A DNA stretch of 32,000 bases, taken from the NCBI RefSeq assembly GCF_001017655.1, contig NZ_CP010904.1:1230001-1262000 (forward strand), written 5' to 3'. The DNA comes from Kiritimatiella glycovorans (GTDB lineage: Bacteria > Verrucomicrobiota > Kiritimatiellia > Kiritimatiellales > Kiritimatiellaceae). This document shows positions 7,259 to 15,427 of this stretch, piece after piece (positions within the stretch are counted from its first letter, which is position 1; each line of letters opens with the position of its first letter). The notes beneath the pieces were generated by a model. The model ran no database searches, was not told the DNA's origin, and was given only the letters and a program-made list of their open reading frames with translations. Both the position numbers and the translations under genes were made by a program.

Positions 7259-7978
7259 TTACGAGGTGCGGTGATCGGCCGGGACATACAGCAGGCGGCC
7301 GCAATAATTGCAGGCCACCAGCTTCTGCGCCGCCTGTGCGTCGTGGACCGTCTGGGGCGTCACTTTCATATGACATCCCGTACAGACCCCGTTTTCGATC
7401 GGCACAACCGCGTAGTCGCCGCGATTATCAAAAATACGCTTGTAATGCGCCAGCGTGCGTTTATCGACCTTCGCAGCCTTTTCCTCGCGCCTGGCGCTCA
7501 CCTCGTCCAGATCCCGCTGAACCTCTTCCAGACGACGGTCCAGGGCCTCTTTTTCCGCTCCGATGCGATCTTCCTCGTCGTCCAGCCGTTCGCGCGCCTC
7601 ACGGTGCTCGGCATTCAGTCGCTCCGCCGTCTCCATTAATTCGATTTCCCGGTCCTCGAGCTGCGAGATCTTCTGCTCGACGGCGGAGATCTCGTGCGTC
7701 AGGGCGCGGTATTCGTCGTTGGTCTTCACATCGAGCTGCTGGCGTTTGTAGCGTTTGATCTGCTCCCGCAGCGACTCGATTTCGGATTCGAGATTCCCCT
7801 GCTCCGCCGCGTTCTGTCGCTGACGCTGCTCGATGTCGTTCAGTCTCTCTTCGGCGGAGGCCTTTTCCTGATCCAGGGCCTCTTTACGCGCAGGAATATC
7901 GCGTATTTCACGCCGGAAGCGCATCAGTTTCCGGTCCAGTTGCTGTACAGCAAGCAGCTGCGCCATCGATTCCTTCAC
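7259..7978 (-). CDS. Coiled-coil / C4 zinc-ribbon protein (COG1579-like)
   Basis: 239-aa ORF with a long charged heptad-like region followed by CTGCHMKV..(x19)..CNYCGRLLY, a CxxC...CxxC zinc ribbon. The start is GTG at 7978. An alternative ATG at 7966 has an AAGGA motif 5 nt upstream. Confidence 0.8.
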   Translation of the reverse strand: MKESMAQLLAVQQLDRKLMRFRREIRDIPARKEALDQEKASAEERLNDIEQRQRQNAAEQGNLESEIESLREQIKRYKRQQLDVKTNDEYRALTHEISAVEQKISQLEDREIELMETAERLNAEHREARERLDDEEDRIGAEKEALDRRLEEVQRDLDEVSARREEKAAKVDKRTLAHYKRIFDNRGDYAVVPIENGVCTGCHMKVTPQTVHDAQAAQKLVACNYCGRLLYVPADHRTS

Positions 7979-7991
7979 GCACCCCTCCGTT

Positions 7992-8546
7992 TCAAAGTTC
8001 CGTTGCTTTGCGCCATTGACTGAACGCCTTCACGCCGTGACGGGTCACATCCCTGCGCCCGTCCTTCGTAATGGTCTCGCCGTCCGGGCCGATGATGATA
8101 AGGGTCGGGATACCCCGGACCTTGTAGCGGTCGCTGAGGGCCTGCGCGCGTTTCCCGCGGTGCGGGAGGGCCAGCCATGACATCTCCGTCTTTTCCATGT
8201 ACTCGAACATGGCCTCGCGGGAGCGGTCGCTGCTGACCAGCACGATTTCGAAGGGAGCTTCGTCCTCTTTCAGTTCATCGTAGAACTCGACCAGTTTCGG
8301 CGTGAACATCCGGCAGGGCGGGCACCAGTGTGCCGAGAAGTAGAGGCCGACGATCCGGTCTTCGATCCGGTCCGGCCCGGTCTGCTCCTGCTCGTGCGTC
8401 CAGAATTTCTCTCCGAAAAGATCTTCTGTCTTCGACTCATCGGCCCCGGCCGTCGGCGCGAGGATTGAAGATCCCGCCAGGATCGCAATCAGCAGGGAAA
8501 GGATCCGGCGGCGGCATCGTCTCCATGGTGTCTCGCAACTCTTCAT
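7992..8546 (-). CDS. Secreted thioredoxin-like (nucleoredoxin/TlpA-like) protein with a CPPC motif
   Basis: 184-aa ORF with GGGAGGAA upstream of the ATG. It has an N-terminal hydrophobic signal-like segment (ILSLLIAILAGSSILAPTAGA). The redox motif is YFSAHWCPPCRMFTP, and GIPTLIIIG is the cis-Pro loop region. Confidence 0.85.
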   Translation of the reverse strand: MKSCETPWRRCRRRILSLLIAILAGSSILAPTAGADESKTEDLFGEKFWTHEQEQTGPDRIEDRIVGLYFSAHWCPPCRMFTPKLVEFYDELKEDEAPFEIVLVSSDRSREAMFEYMEKTEMSWLALPHRGKRAQALSDRYKVRGIPTLIIIGPDGETITKDGRRDVTRHGVKAFSQWRKATEL

Positions 8547-8664
8547 ATCGGTTTTCCTCCCGTAAACACGTTTTCATTCCAGCGACGAAGGGTGAGCGTA
8601 TCGTTTTGAGCCGCGCTTGGGAATGCTAAATAGAACATCGCACCCCTCATGGGCTCCCGGGAGC

Positions 8665-8818
8665 CAGCAGTTCTCATTATGGCCGCATTCCGACCGCGGA
8701 CGGCGTGGCAGCCGTCCCTCCCGAGTCGATATCCGACGCCTTTTCGGGCATTGGGAGGGTCGGGTTCCACCCCGACCGAACCCGACCGAAAAGGGTGAAG
8801 CCATAATGAGAATCGCTG
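8665..8818 (+). mobile_element. MITE-like element, copy 2 (154 bp; carries an internal 10-bp tandem duplication CCCGACCGAA)
   Basis: Same 19-bp termini as copy 1. A perfect 9-bp duplication CCCGGGAGC lies at 8656-8664 and 8819-8827. It differs from copy 1 by 3 substitutions plus the 10-bp duplication at 8771-8790. Confidence 0.88.
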
Positions 8819-8860
8819 CCCGGGAGCGCTCGCCTCTTGCCAGCCGGCCCCGTACAGGGT

Positions 8861-9481
8861 ATGAACAGGGGCATGGATTTTATCGCATTCGATCTCGAGA
8901 CCACGGGCATCCGGCCGTCGGATTCGCACATCGTGGAGCTGGCGGCGGTCCTGTTTCTCAACGGGGAGCCGGCGGAGCGCTTCGTGAGCCTGATCCGCCC
9001 CGAGGTTCCGATCCCCGCGGAAGCGACCCGGATCCACGGCATAGACGACGCGATGGTGGAGTCCGCGCCGCCGATCCATGAACGCCTCGCCCCGCTGGCG
9101 GAATTCTGCGGCGACTATCCGTTGGTCGCGCACAATGCGCCGTTCGACTTCAGTTTTCTCAAGGCGGCGGTGGATCTGCATCGCGCACCGGCCCCGGCCG
9201 GGATCTTCCTGGACACCTGCGCCCTGTCGAGAGTCGTGCTGACCGGTCTCGCCAACCACAAGCTCCACACCCTGGTGCGTTACTTCGACATCCCCGCGGG
9301 CGAATTCCACCGCGCGCTCGAGGACGCGGAGTACTGCGGACAGGTGATGCTGAACCTGATCCGCACGCTTCATCAGCGCGGGGAGCCGATCTCGGTGGAG
9401 GACCTGGTGCGGACGGGAAACACGGCCGAACTCAGGCTGCCGCAGTACCGGGGACGGGGCGATCAGCTCTCGCTGCTCTGA
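8861..9481 (+). CDS. DEDDh 3'-5' exonuclease (DnaQ / Pol III epsilon-like domain protein)
   Basis: ExoI is FDLETTG, ExoII is VAHNAPFDFSFL, and ExoIII is FHRALEDAEYC. The ORF-track start at 8837 is TTG. ATG at 8861 (or 8873) is more plausible. Confidence 0.85.
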   Translation: MNRGMDFIAFDLETTGIRPSDSHIVELAAVLFLNGEPAERFVSLIRPEVPIPAEATRIHGIDDAMVESAPPIHERLAPLAEFCGDYPLVAHNAPFDFSFLKAAVDLHRAPAPAGIFLDTCALSRVVLTGLANHKLHTLVRYFDIPAGEFHRALEDAEYCGQVMLNLIRTLHQRGEPISVEDLVRTGNTAELRLPQYRGRGDQLSLL

Positions 9482-9554
9482 ACGCCGCTGCTCATCTTCG
9501 TGAACCAGCCTGGCGCCGGTAGTCCGGGAAGGTGTGAACGGCCGGGCGGTTCCC

Positions 9555-9866
9555 TCAGATGCGCAGCAGACCGAAGGCCCATGCAAGCGCCAGAAACAGG
9601 CACAAACCACCGATCAGCGTGGGAAAGGCGGGCCAGCGCTTCGGGGTGTCCGGATCGCGTCGCTTGAGGAAGACGGCCGCCGCGGCGAGCAAAAAGACCA
9701 GCAGCAGCACCGCCCCGAACGCCGCCGCGTTGGTCGCTGCGTGCGGGGTCTTCGCACCGGCCGGACCGACCAGCGGAAGCATCATCAGCAGAAAGAGAAA
9801 CGCCACGCCCGAGGCGATCGAGACGGCATGCCCCGCCTCCGGCACTCCGAACCTGAATTTATTCAT
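9555..9866 (-). CDS. Small hypothetical membrane protein (~103 aa, ~3 hydrophobic segments)
   Basis: ATG at 9866 is preceded by GGAGAGGAG. The sequence is hydrophobic (..VAFLFLLMMLPLVG.., ..AVLLLVFLLAAAAVFL.., ..LIGGLCLFLALAWAFGLL..). I recognise no family. Confidence 0.55.
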   Translation of the reverse strand: MNKFRFGVPEAGHAVSIASGVAFLFLLMMLPLVGPAGAKTPHAATNAAAFGAVLLLVFLLAAAAVFLKRRDPDTPKRWPAFPTLIGGLCLFLALAWAFGLLRI

Positions 9867-10016
9867 AACGCTCCTCTCCCGCTTCCGGTCCCCATGGTGC
9901 GACCGCCGACACCATCGTAAAAAACCGCCGGCCAATCAATCTGATAACACTATTTTTCCCCGATTCCCGCTTGCGTCATCATCCAATTCCGGTATCTTGC
10001 CTGATTCATCGACGGG

Positions 10017-10091
10017 GCGAGCGTAGCTCAGTGGTAGAGCCCCACCTTGCCAAGGTGGTTGTCGTGGGTTCGAATCCCATCGCTCGCTCCA
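10017..10091 (+). tRNA. tRNA-Gly (anticodon GCC), CCA encoded
   Basis: The cloverleaf was read by hand. Acceptor GCGAGCG/CGCTCGC, D stem GCTC/GAGC, anticodon stem CCACC/GGTGG with loop TTGCCAA, T arm GTGGG-TTCGAAT-CCCAT, discriminator T, then CCA. Confidence 0.93.
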
Positions 10092-10130
10092 TTTTTTTTC
10101 GACGGCCGTCCCACTCATCCTCCCGCAATC

Positions 10131-11114
10131 ATGAATACGCGAGACCTCCGCGACATGGAGAAGGCCCTGCTGAACGGCGAGTCCGTCCGTGACGGGGACC
10201 TCTACGAACTGTCTGCGGCCGATGGCCGACTCGCGGACTCGATGATCGCCGTGGCGGGTCGGCTGCGCGAACACACCTTCGCCGGCGGCGTGCATCTGTG
10301 CATGATCGCCAACGCCAAATCCGGGCGATGCACGGAGAATTGCGCCTTCTGCGCCCAGGCGGGCGGGGCGGACACGGGGATCGAGACCTGGGCGCTGCGC
10401 GATCCGGAATGGATGGTCCGCGCGGCGCGCCAGACCGAACCCCCGGTCCATCGGTTCTCCATCGTGACGAGCGGCCGCGGCCCCTCCCCGGAGGAACTCG
10501 ATACGATAACCGGGTCTTTCCGCGCGATGCCGCAGGACGGGGGCGTGGCCTACTGCGCCTCGCTGGGTCTTCTCGACGAAGCCCGTCTCCGCAGACTCCG
10601 CGACGCGGGCGTCAGCCGATATCATCATAATCTCGAGACGGCCCGCAGTTTCTTCCCGAAGATATGCACGAGCCACCAGTTCGAAGAGCGGACGGCGACG
10701 ATCCGGGCGGCCCGGGCGGCGGGAATGAGCGTATGCGCGGGGGGCCTCTTCGGGCTCGGGGAAAGCGACCGGCAGGTGGTCGAACTGGCCCTGGAGCTGC
10801 GTGCGCTCGAGGTGGATTCGGTTCCGGTCAATTTTCTCACCCCCGTGCCCGGCACTCTGCTCGAAGGCCTGCGCGAGCTGACCCCCCAGCGCTGCCTCAA
10901 GATCATAGCCCTCCTCCGCCTCGCCCTCCCCGACCGCGAGATCCTGGTGTGCGGCGGTCGCGAGGCCAACCTGGGCGAGGCGCAGGAGCGTATCTTCGAA
11001 GCGGGGGCGAGCGGGATCATGACGGGGAACTATCTCACCACGGAGGGCCGGGCGCTGGATCAGGATCTGGCGATGATCCGGCGGCTGGGTCTGCATCCGC
11101 GCGGGGACGGATAG
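10131..11114 (+). CDS. bioB: Biotin synthase (radical SAM)
   Basis: Radical-SAM CxxxCxxC motif in KSGRCTENCAFCAQ. Also present are SIVTSGR, YCASLG, YHHNLETA, MSVCAGGLFGLGES and VPVNFLTPVPGT, which are typical BioB blocks. The start is moved to ATG 10131 because the ORF-track start at 10047 lies inside tRNA-Gly. Confidence 0.88.
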   Translation: MNTRDLRDMEKALLNGESVRDGDLYELSAADGRLADSMIAVAGRLREHTFAGGVHLCMIANAKSGRCTENCAFCAQAGGADTGIETWALRDPEWMVRAARQTEPPVHRFSIVTSGRGPSPEELDTITGSFRAMPQDGGVAYCASLGLLDEARLRRLRDAGVSRYHHNLETARSFFPKICTSHQFEERTATIRAARAAGMSVCAGGLFGLGESDRQVVELALELRALEVDSVPVNFLTPVPGTLLEGLRELTPQRCLKIIALLRLALPDREILVCGGREANLGEAQERIFEAGASGIMTGNYLTTEGRALDQDLAMIRRLGLHPRGDG

Positions 11115-11143
11115 GACGGTCCGGAACGGCGGGGCCCGGCGGT

Positions 11144-12436
11144 TCACTCCGCCTGCATGACGACGTCCGCCGTCCTCGCGAGCACCCCGCGTTTCGCGGC
11201 CACAAGTTCCGAGGCGCGTCGGCCCAGCTCGTTTCGTTCCCCGGGATCGTTCAGAAGCCGTTCCAGCGTCGCTCCCAGCGCCGCCCCGGCTTCCACCTCG
11301 ATCACGGCCCGCGCTTCCCGCAGGTCTTTCATCACGGCGGGAAAATTCTCCATATGAGGCCCGACCACGACCGGTTTGCCGAGGGCCGCGGGTTCAATGG
11401 GGTTCTGGCCGCCGCGGTTGGGATCAAGGCTTTTGCCTACAAATACGACGTCCGCCGCGGCGTAGAAATCAATCAGTTCGCCGGTCGTGTCGACCAGCAG
11501 CATGTCGGCTTCGCCGTCGCCGTCTTCGAGGCGGCTTCGGCGCGCTACACGCGCACCCAGGCGTCGCAGCCGCTCCGCGATCTCCGTCGATCGCTCGGCA
11601 TGACGGGGGACGAGGACGACAAACAGCCCGGGATGCCCCTCCCGCAGGCGTTGCGCGATACTCCAGAGCGTCTCCTCCTCCCCCGGCCACGTGGAGCCTC
11701 CGACGAGTACGGGCGCGTCCCGGTCCGCCCCGGCCGCGGCGATAAGTTGCTTCGCCTCCCCCCCCTCCTCCGCCGCCGTAAGGGCGCCGTCGTATTTGGC
11801 CGATCCCAGTACGTGCACGCGCTCGCGCGGCGCCCCCAGATCGATAAACCGTTTGGCGTCGCGGTCGCCCTGCACGCACACCGCGGAAAGCTCCGGAAGC
11901 AGCCTTCGGGTCAGGAAGCGCAGGCGTGCATACCCGCGGCAGGAACGGTCGGACATGCGGCCGTTGATCAGCGACACCGGGATGCCGCGTCGCCGGGCCA
12001 GCCTGATCATATTCGGCCACAGCTCGATCTCGACCAGCACCAGTCGTTCCGGCCGGAAGAGGTTCATCGCGCGGCTCATGACCGGATAGAGATCCAGCGG
12101 CATGTACACGATGAGTTCGGCGCGGTCGGGGTCCCGCTCCGCGAGCCGCCGTCCGGTCGAGGTGTTGGTGGTCAGCACAAACCACACCTCCGGGTCGCGT
12201 CTCCGGAGTTCCGCCATAAAGGCGGCGGCCACCTTGACTTCACCCACACTCACGGCGTGAACCCATACCGGCCGCCGCGCTTTTGCCGTCAGCGACCTGG
12301 CGCGAGCCGGATAAAACGCGAACCGCTCCGCAAACCCGCGCCGGTAACCGCCGCGGCGGACCATGCGCAGCAGGTAGTACGGCGCGCTCAGCAGCAGTGC
12401 TGCGGGAAGTATTATTTGGTACAGGATCCAGACCAT
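11144..12436 (-). CDS. waaA: 3-deoxy-D-manno-octulosonic acid (Kdo) transferase
   Basis: 430-aa ORF with an N-terminal membrane anchor, RRGGYRRGFAERFAFYP, and the hallmark VWVHAVSVGEV block. The C-terminal GT-B region includes GGQNPIEPAALGKPVVVGPHMENF. Confidence 0.9.
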   Translation of the reverse strand: MVWILYQIILPAALLLSAPYYLLRMVRRGGYRRGFAERFAFYPARARSLTAKARRPVWVHAVSVGEVKVAAAFMAELRRRDPEVWFVLTTNTSTGRRLAERDPDRAELIVYMPLDLYPVMSRAMNLFRPERLVLVEIELWPNMIRLARRRGIPVSLINGRMSDRSCRGYARLRFLTRRLLPELSAVCVQGDRDAKRFIDLGAPRERVHVLGSAKYDGALTAAEEGGEAKQLIAAAGADRDAPVLVGGSTWPGEEETLWSIAQRLREGHPGLFVVLVPRHAERSTEIAERLRRLGARVARRSRLEDGDGEADMLLVDTTGELIDFYAAADVVFVGKSLDPNRGGQNPIEPAALGKPVVVGPHMENFPAVMKDLREARAVIEVEAGAALGATLERLLNDPGERNELGRRASELVAAKRGVLARTADVVMQAE

Positions 12437-12615
12437 GGGAACCGGGATTCAAACATGAAACGCCGCGCCGCGCAACGATGGCGTGGGATTGCGAAACCAA
12501 CGAACAGATCGAACTCGCGTCCTCCCCCCTCTTTCTTCTGCGTCTCCCGCGCCCCTTTGTGGCCGATTCCCTGCCCCCCTCACTCTTCTGCGCCCATGTG
12601 TGGCCCTTGTAGCTC

Positions 12616-13608
12616 TCACGCCCGCGGATGTGCGGAGGCGTAGACTTTTTTCAGTCGCTCCACGGAGACGTGGGTATAGATCTGGGTCGTGGAGAGCGAA
12701 GAGTGGCCCAGCAGTTCCTGAACGCTGCGCAGGTCGGCGCCGCGGTCGAGAAGGTGGGTGGCGAAGCTGTGCCGCAGCACGTGGGGGCTCATCGATTCCG
12801 GCAGCCCGGCGTACTGCGCATATTTGCTGATGATGCGTTCGACCGAGCGGCCGCTCAGCCTGCCCCCGCGCACATTCAGGAAAACGGCGTTCGCTGCCCT
12901 GTTCCCTTTTCCCTGCGCGGCGAGTTCGGGGCGCAGGCGAAGGGCCTCGCGAAGCGCGCGGACCGCGGGGGTTCCGAGCGGGCAGAGACGCTGCTTGCGC
13001 CCCTTCCCCAGCACGCGGACCACTCCCCCGATCAGGTCCACCATGGTTTCGCGGAGGCCGGTCAGCTCACTCAGCCGCATGCCCGTGCTGTAAAGCACTT
13101 CGATCATCGCCGTATCCCGCGCGGCGATCGCCTCGCGCCGCCGCGGCGGGCCGCGCTTCTCGGTCCGGGGATCCTCCAGCCACAGGCGGGGGGCCTCGAT
13201 CAGTTGGGCGACCTCCGATTCGGAGAGGACTTTCGGCAGCGGTCGCTCGCGGCGCGGCAGCTGGACATCGGCGAAAGGATTTTCGGCAACCTCGCGTTCC
13301 CGCAGCAGGAACCGGTAAAACGAGCGCAGCGCCGACAGCTTGCGGCGGATGGTCGCGGAGGTGCCTCCGAGCTTCTGAATGGTGACCAGAAAACCGCGGG
13401 CGTTATAACGGTCCGCCCCCGCCCACGCCCAGGTTTCAGGATCATCGCCCCAGGTGATCAGGGCGAACTGGCGGAGGTCGCTCAGGTAATTTTCGATGGT
13501 GAGTGCGGACGCGTCGCACTCCCCTTCAAGATAGTCCGCAAAACGGCGCAGAAGGTCTTCGCGACGACGCCCTTTCCGGGACTCAACGCTTTTTCGTGGT
13601 TTCACCAT
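12616..13608 (-). CDS. xerC: Tyrosine site-specific recombinase, XerC/XerD family
   Basis: 330 aa from ATG 13608. It has an N-terminal SAM-like core-binding domain (..ENYLSDLRQF..RKLSALRSFYRFL..). The catalytic domain carries ..GMRLSEL.., HVLRHSFATHLL and LGHSSLSTTQIYTHV (R-H-R-H/Y signature). The 622-aa ORF in the track is an upstream read-through extension. XerC versus XerD cannot be decided from sequence alone. Confidence 0.88.
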   Translation of the reverse strand: MVKPRKSVESRKGRRREDLLRRFADYLEGECDASALTIENYLSDLRQFALITWGDDPETWAWAGADRYNARGFLVTIQKLGGTSATIRRKLSALRSFYRFLLREREVAENPFADVQLPRRERPLPKVLSESEVAQLIEAPRLWLEDPRTEKRGPPRRREAIAARDTAMIEVLYSTGMRLSELTGLRETMVDLIGGVVRVLGKGRKQRLCPLGTPAVRALREALRLRPELAAQGKGNRAANAVFLNVRGGRLSGRSVERIISKYAQYAGLPESMSPHVLRHSFATHLLDRGADLRSVQELLGHSSLSTTQIYTHVSVERLKKVYASAHPRA

Positions 13609-13704
13609 AGGCCCCGCACCCGGAATAGCCTTTATCTTTCCCGTCTGATTATTTAATATGCGCTCAAGTACACGGCGAGGCAAAAAGACGAAACGGAGTG
13701 ACGC

Positions 13705-14226
13705 GTGAGTTTTATCGATCTGGCCCGAAAGAGGATCAGTGTACGCGGATTCAAGCCCGATCCCGTGCCCCGCTCCGTGCTCGAGCAGGTCCTGGAAGCG
13801 GGGCGTCTGGCACCCTCCGCGGTCAATTACCAGCCGTACCGTTTTATCGTTGTGGAAGCGGAAAAGGAGCGCAACCGGCTGGCCGCCGCCTATCCCCGGG
13901 AATGGTTCCGGACCGCCCCCGTGATCATCGTCGTGGTCGGCGATACGGAGTCGGCCTGGAAACGTTCCGACGGCCGCAATTACGTGGACGTCGACTGCGC
14001 GATCGCGGTGGATCACATGACGCTGGCCGCGGCGGATCTGGGTTACGGGACCTGCTGGGTCGGCGCGTTCGATCCGGCGGAAGCCCGCCGGGCGCTCGGG
14101 CTGCGCGACGACCCGTGGGAACCGCTGGCCTTTCTTCCCCTGGGCATGCCCGATGATACGGGTCGTCCTAAAGAACGGAAGCAGCCGGAGGAACTGATCC
14201 GCTACGGGCTCGCTCCCGCGGAATGA
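13705..14226 (+). CDS. Nitroreductase-family protein
   Basis: 173 aa, with GTG start at 13705 and ACGGAG upstream. The block RISVRGFKPDPVPRSVLEQVLEAGRLAPSAVNYQPYRFIVV is a typical nitroreductase N-terminal FMN-binding pattern. Confidence 0.82.
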   Translation: MSFIDLARKRISVRGFKPDPVPRSVLEQVLEAGRLAPSAVNYQPYRFIVVEAEKERNRLAAAYPREWFRTAPVIIVVVGDTESAWKRSDGRNYVDVDCAIAVDHMTLAAADLGYGTCWVGAFDPAEARRALGLRDDPWEPLAFLPLGMPDDTGRPKERKQPEELIRYGLAPAE

Positions 14227-14259
14227 ATGTGTGCACTCTCTGAAGGAAGTCAGTCGGTC

Positions 14260-14538
14260 ATGAACGGGAAACACGTGCAGCTTCGCTACGAAGGCAGGGT
14301 ACAGGGCGTGGGATTCCGTTTTGCCGCCGTGAATATAGCCCGCGAGCTGGGCCTCACGGGGTATGTCCGCAACGAGCCGGACGGATCGGTGCTGGTCGAG
14401 GCGGAAGGACCGGAGGATCAGTTGAAGACGTTTCGGCAGCGGATCCACTCGTCTCCTCCCGGCAGACACATCCGGGACGAGCAAGCCGTCTGGTCCGAGC
14501 CGGCCGGCGAATATAAAGCATTCAACGTGCGGTTCTGA
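14260..14538 (+). CDS. acyP: Acylphosphatase
   Basis: ~92 aa from ATG 14260 (GAAGGAAG upstream). It carries the VQGVGFRF phosphate-binding loop and GYVRNEPDGSVLVEAEG. Confidence 0.85.
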   Translation: MNGKHVQLRYEGRVQGVGFRFAAVNIARELGLTGYVRNEPDGSVLVEAEGPEDQLKTFRQRIHSSPPGRHIRDEQAVWSEPAGEYKAFNVRF

Positions 14539-15260
14539 TGAGATACGCGATTCTCGGTGACGTCCATGCCAACCTGCCCGCCTTCCGGGCGGTGCTGGAG
14601 GACGTGCGCAGGGAGGGCATTACGAACTATGTATTCCTCGGGGACATCGTCGGCTATGCGGCCGAACCCAAGGAATGCCTGGACATCGTCCGCGAGCTGA
14701 ACTGTCCGGTCGTGCAGGGCAATCACGACTGCTACACGGCGTCGAACGACAGTATGGAGCATTTCACTCCCGCCGCGGCCGAAACGGTGCGCTGGACCCG
14801 CGAACAGCTCTCCGATGAGGAACGCGAATATCTGGGGAATCTGCCGCTGAGTCTCGACGTGGAAGGATTTTCCATCGTCCACGCATCCCTCACCCACCCC
14901 GGCTCCTGGCCGTACATCGTGGACACGGGCATGGCCGCGGAATGCTTTGAACAACAGAAATCCGCGCTCTGCCTGTACGGTCACACGCACGTCCCGCTGC
15001 AGTTCCGCAGCAGCGACCGGATCGAGGTCGGGGGATTGAGCAAAGTCCGGCTGCGGAGCGGATACCGCTACCTGATCAACGTGGGAAGCGTAGGCCAGCC
15101 GCGCGACGGCGATCCGCGCGCATCCTACGGGATCCTGGACCTGCTCGATAACTCCATCGAACTCCGGCGGATCGAATACGACATCAATAAGGCCAAAAAG
15201 AGTATCCTTGCCGCCGGCCTGCCCCACAAGAACGCGATCCGGCTCTCGGCGGGACGATGA
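14538..15260 (+). CDS. Metallophosphoesterase-family protein (calcineurin-like phosphoesterase)
   Basis: 240 aa. The start overlaps the acyP stop (ATGA). Motifs present are GDVHAN, LGDIVGY, GNHD, GHTH and VGSVGQPRDGDPRA. Confidence 0.85.
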   Translation: MRYAILGDVHANLPAFRAVLEDVRREGITNYVFLGDIVGYAAEPKECLDIVRELNCPVVQGNHDCYTASNDSMEHFTPAAAETVRWTREQLSDEEREYLGNLPLSLDVEGFSIVHASLTHPGSWPYIVDTGMAAECFEQQKSALCLYGHTHVPLQFRSSDRIEVGGLSKVRLRSGYRYLINVGSVGQPRDGDPRASYGILDLLDNSIELRRIEYDINKAKKSILAAGLPHKNAIRLSAGR

Positions 15261-15284
15261 GGCCGGAAGCGTCGGCGGGTGAAG

Positions 15285-15360
15285 TGGAGCCAACGGTCGG
15301 ACTCGAACCGACGACCTGCTCATTACGAGTGAGCTGCTCTACCAGCTGAGCTACGTTGGC
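15285..15360 (-). tRNA. tRNA-Thr (anticodon CGT), CCA encoded
   Basis: Reverse complement: acceptor GCCAACG/CGTTGGC, D stem GCTC/GAGC, anticodon stem GCTCA/TGAGC with loop CTCGTAA, T arm GTCGG-TTCGAGT-CCGAC, discriminator T, then CCA. Confidence 0.92.
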
Positions 15361-15427
15361 CGCGCAAAAGCGCGCATTGAGTCAAATGCGGCGAGTGAAG
15401 TCAAGCCTGCTCAGATTCCGGGAACCG

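Noticed and set aside
7056-7376. Small ORFs inside the MITE copies that yield a shared peptide (..FSLWPHSDRGRRGSRPSRVDIRR.FGHWEGRVPPRP..); also 8574-8804, 8617-9081, 16174-16362 and 16197-16388
   Set aside because: The peptide identity is just a consequence of about 98% nucleotide identity. The ORFs start outside the element at different points in each copy, lack an RBS, and the 144-bp element is far too small to encode a transposase.
13609-14484. N-terminal 290-aa extension of the recombinase ORF (the 622-aa ORF at 12616-14484)
   Set aside because: The extension is antisense to the well-supported nitroreductase and acylphosphatase genes and has no recombinase-like sequence. An ATG at 13608 gives a normal 330-aa XerC/D-size protein.
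15361-15427. Dedicated promoter for tRNA-Thr (TTGACT ... TCAATG on the minus strand)
   Set aside because: The -10 match is poor (3/6) with an 18-nt spacer. The tRNA may simply be co-transcribed downstream of the ispD-like gene.
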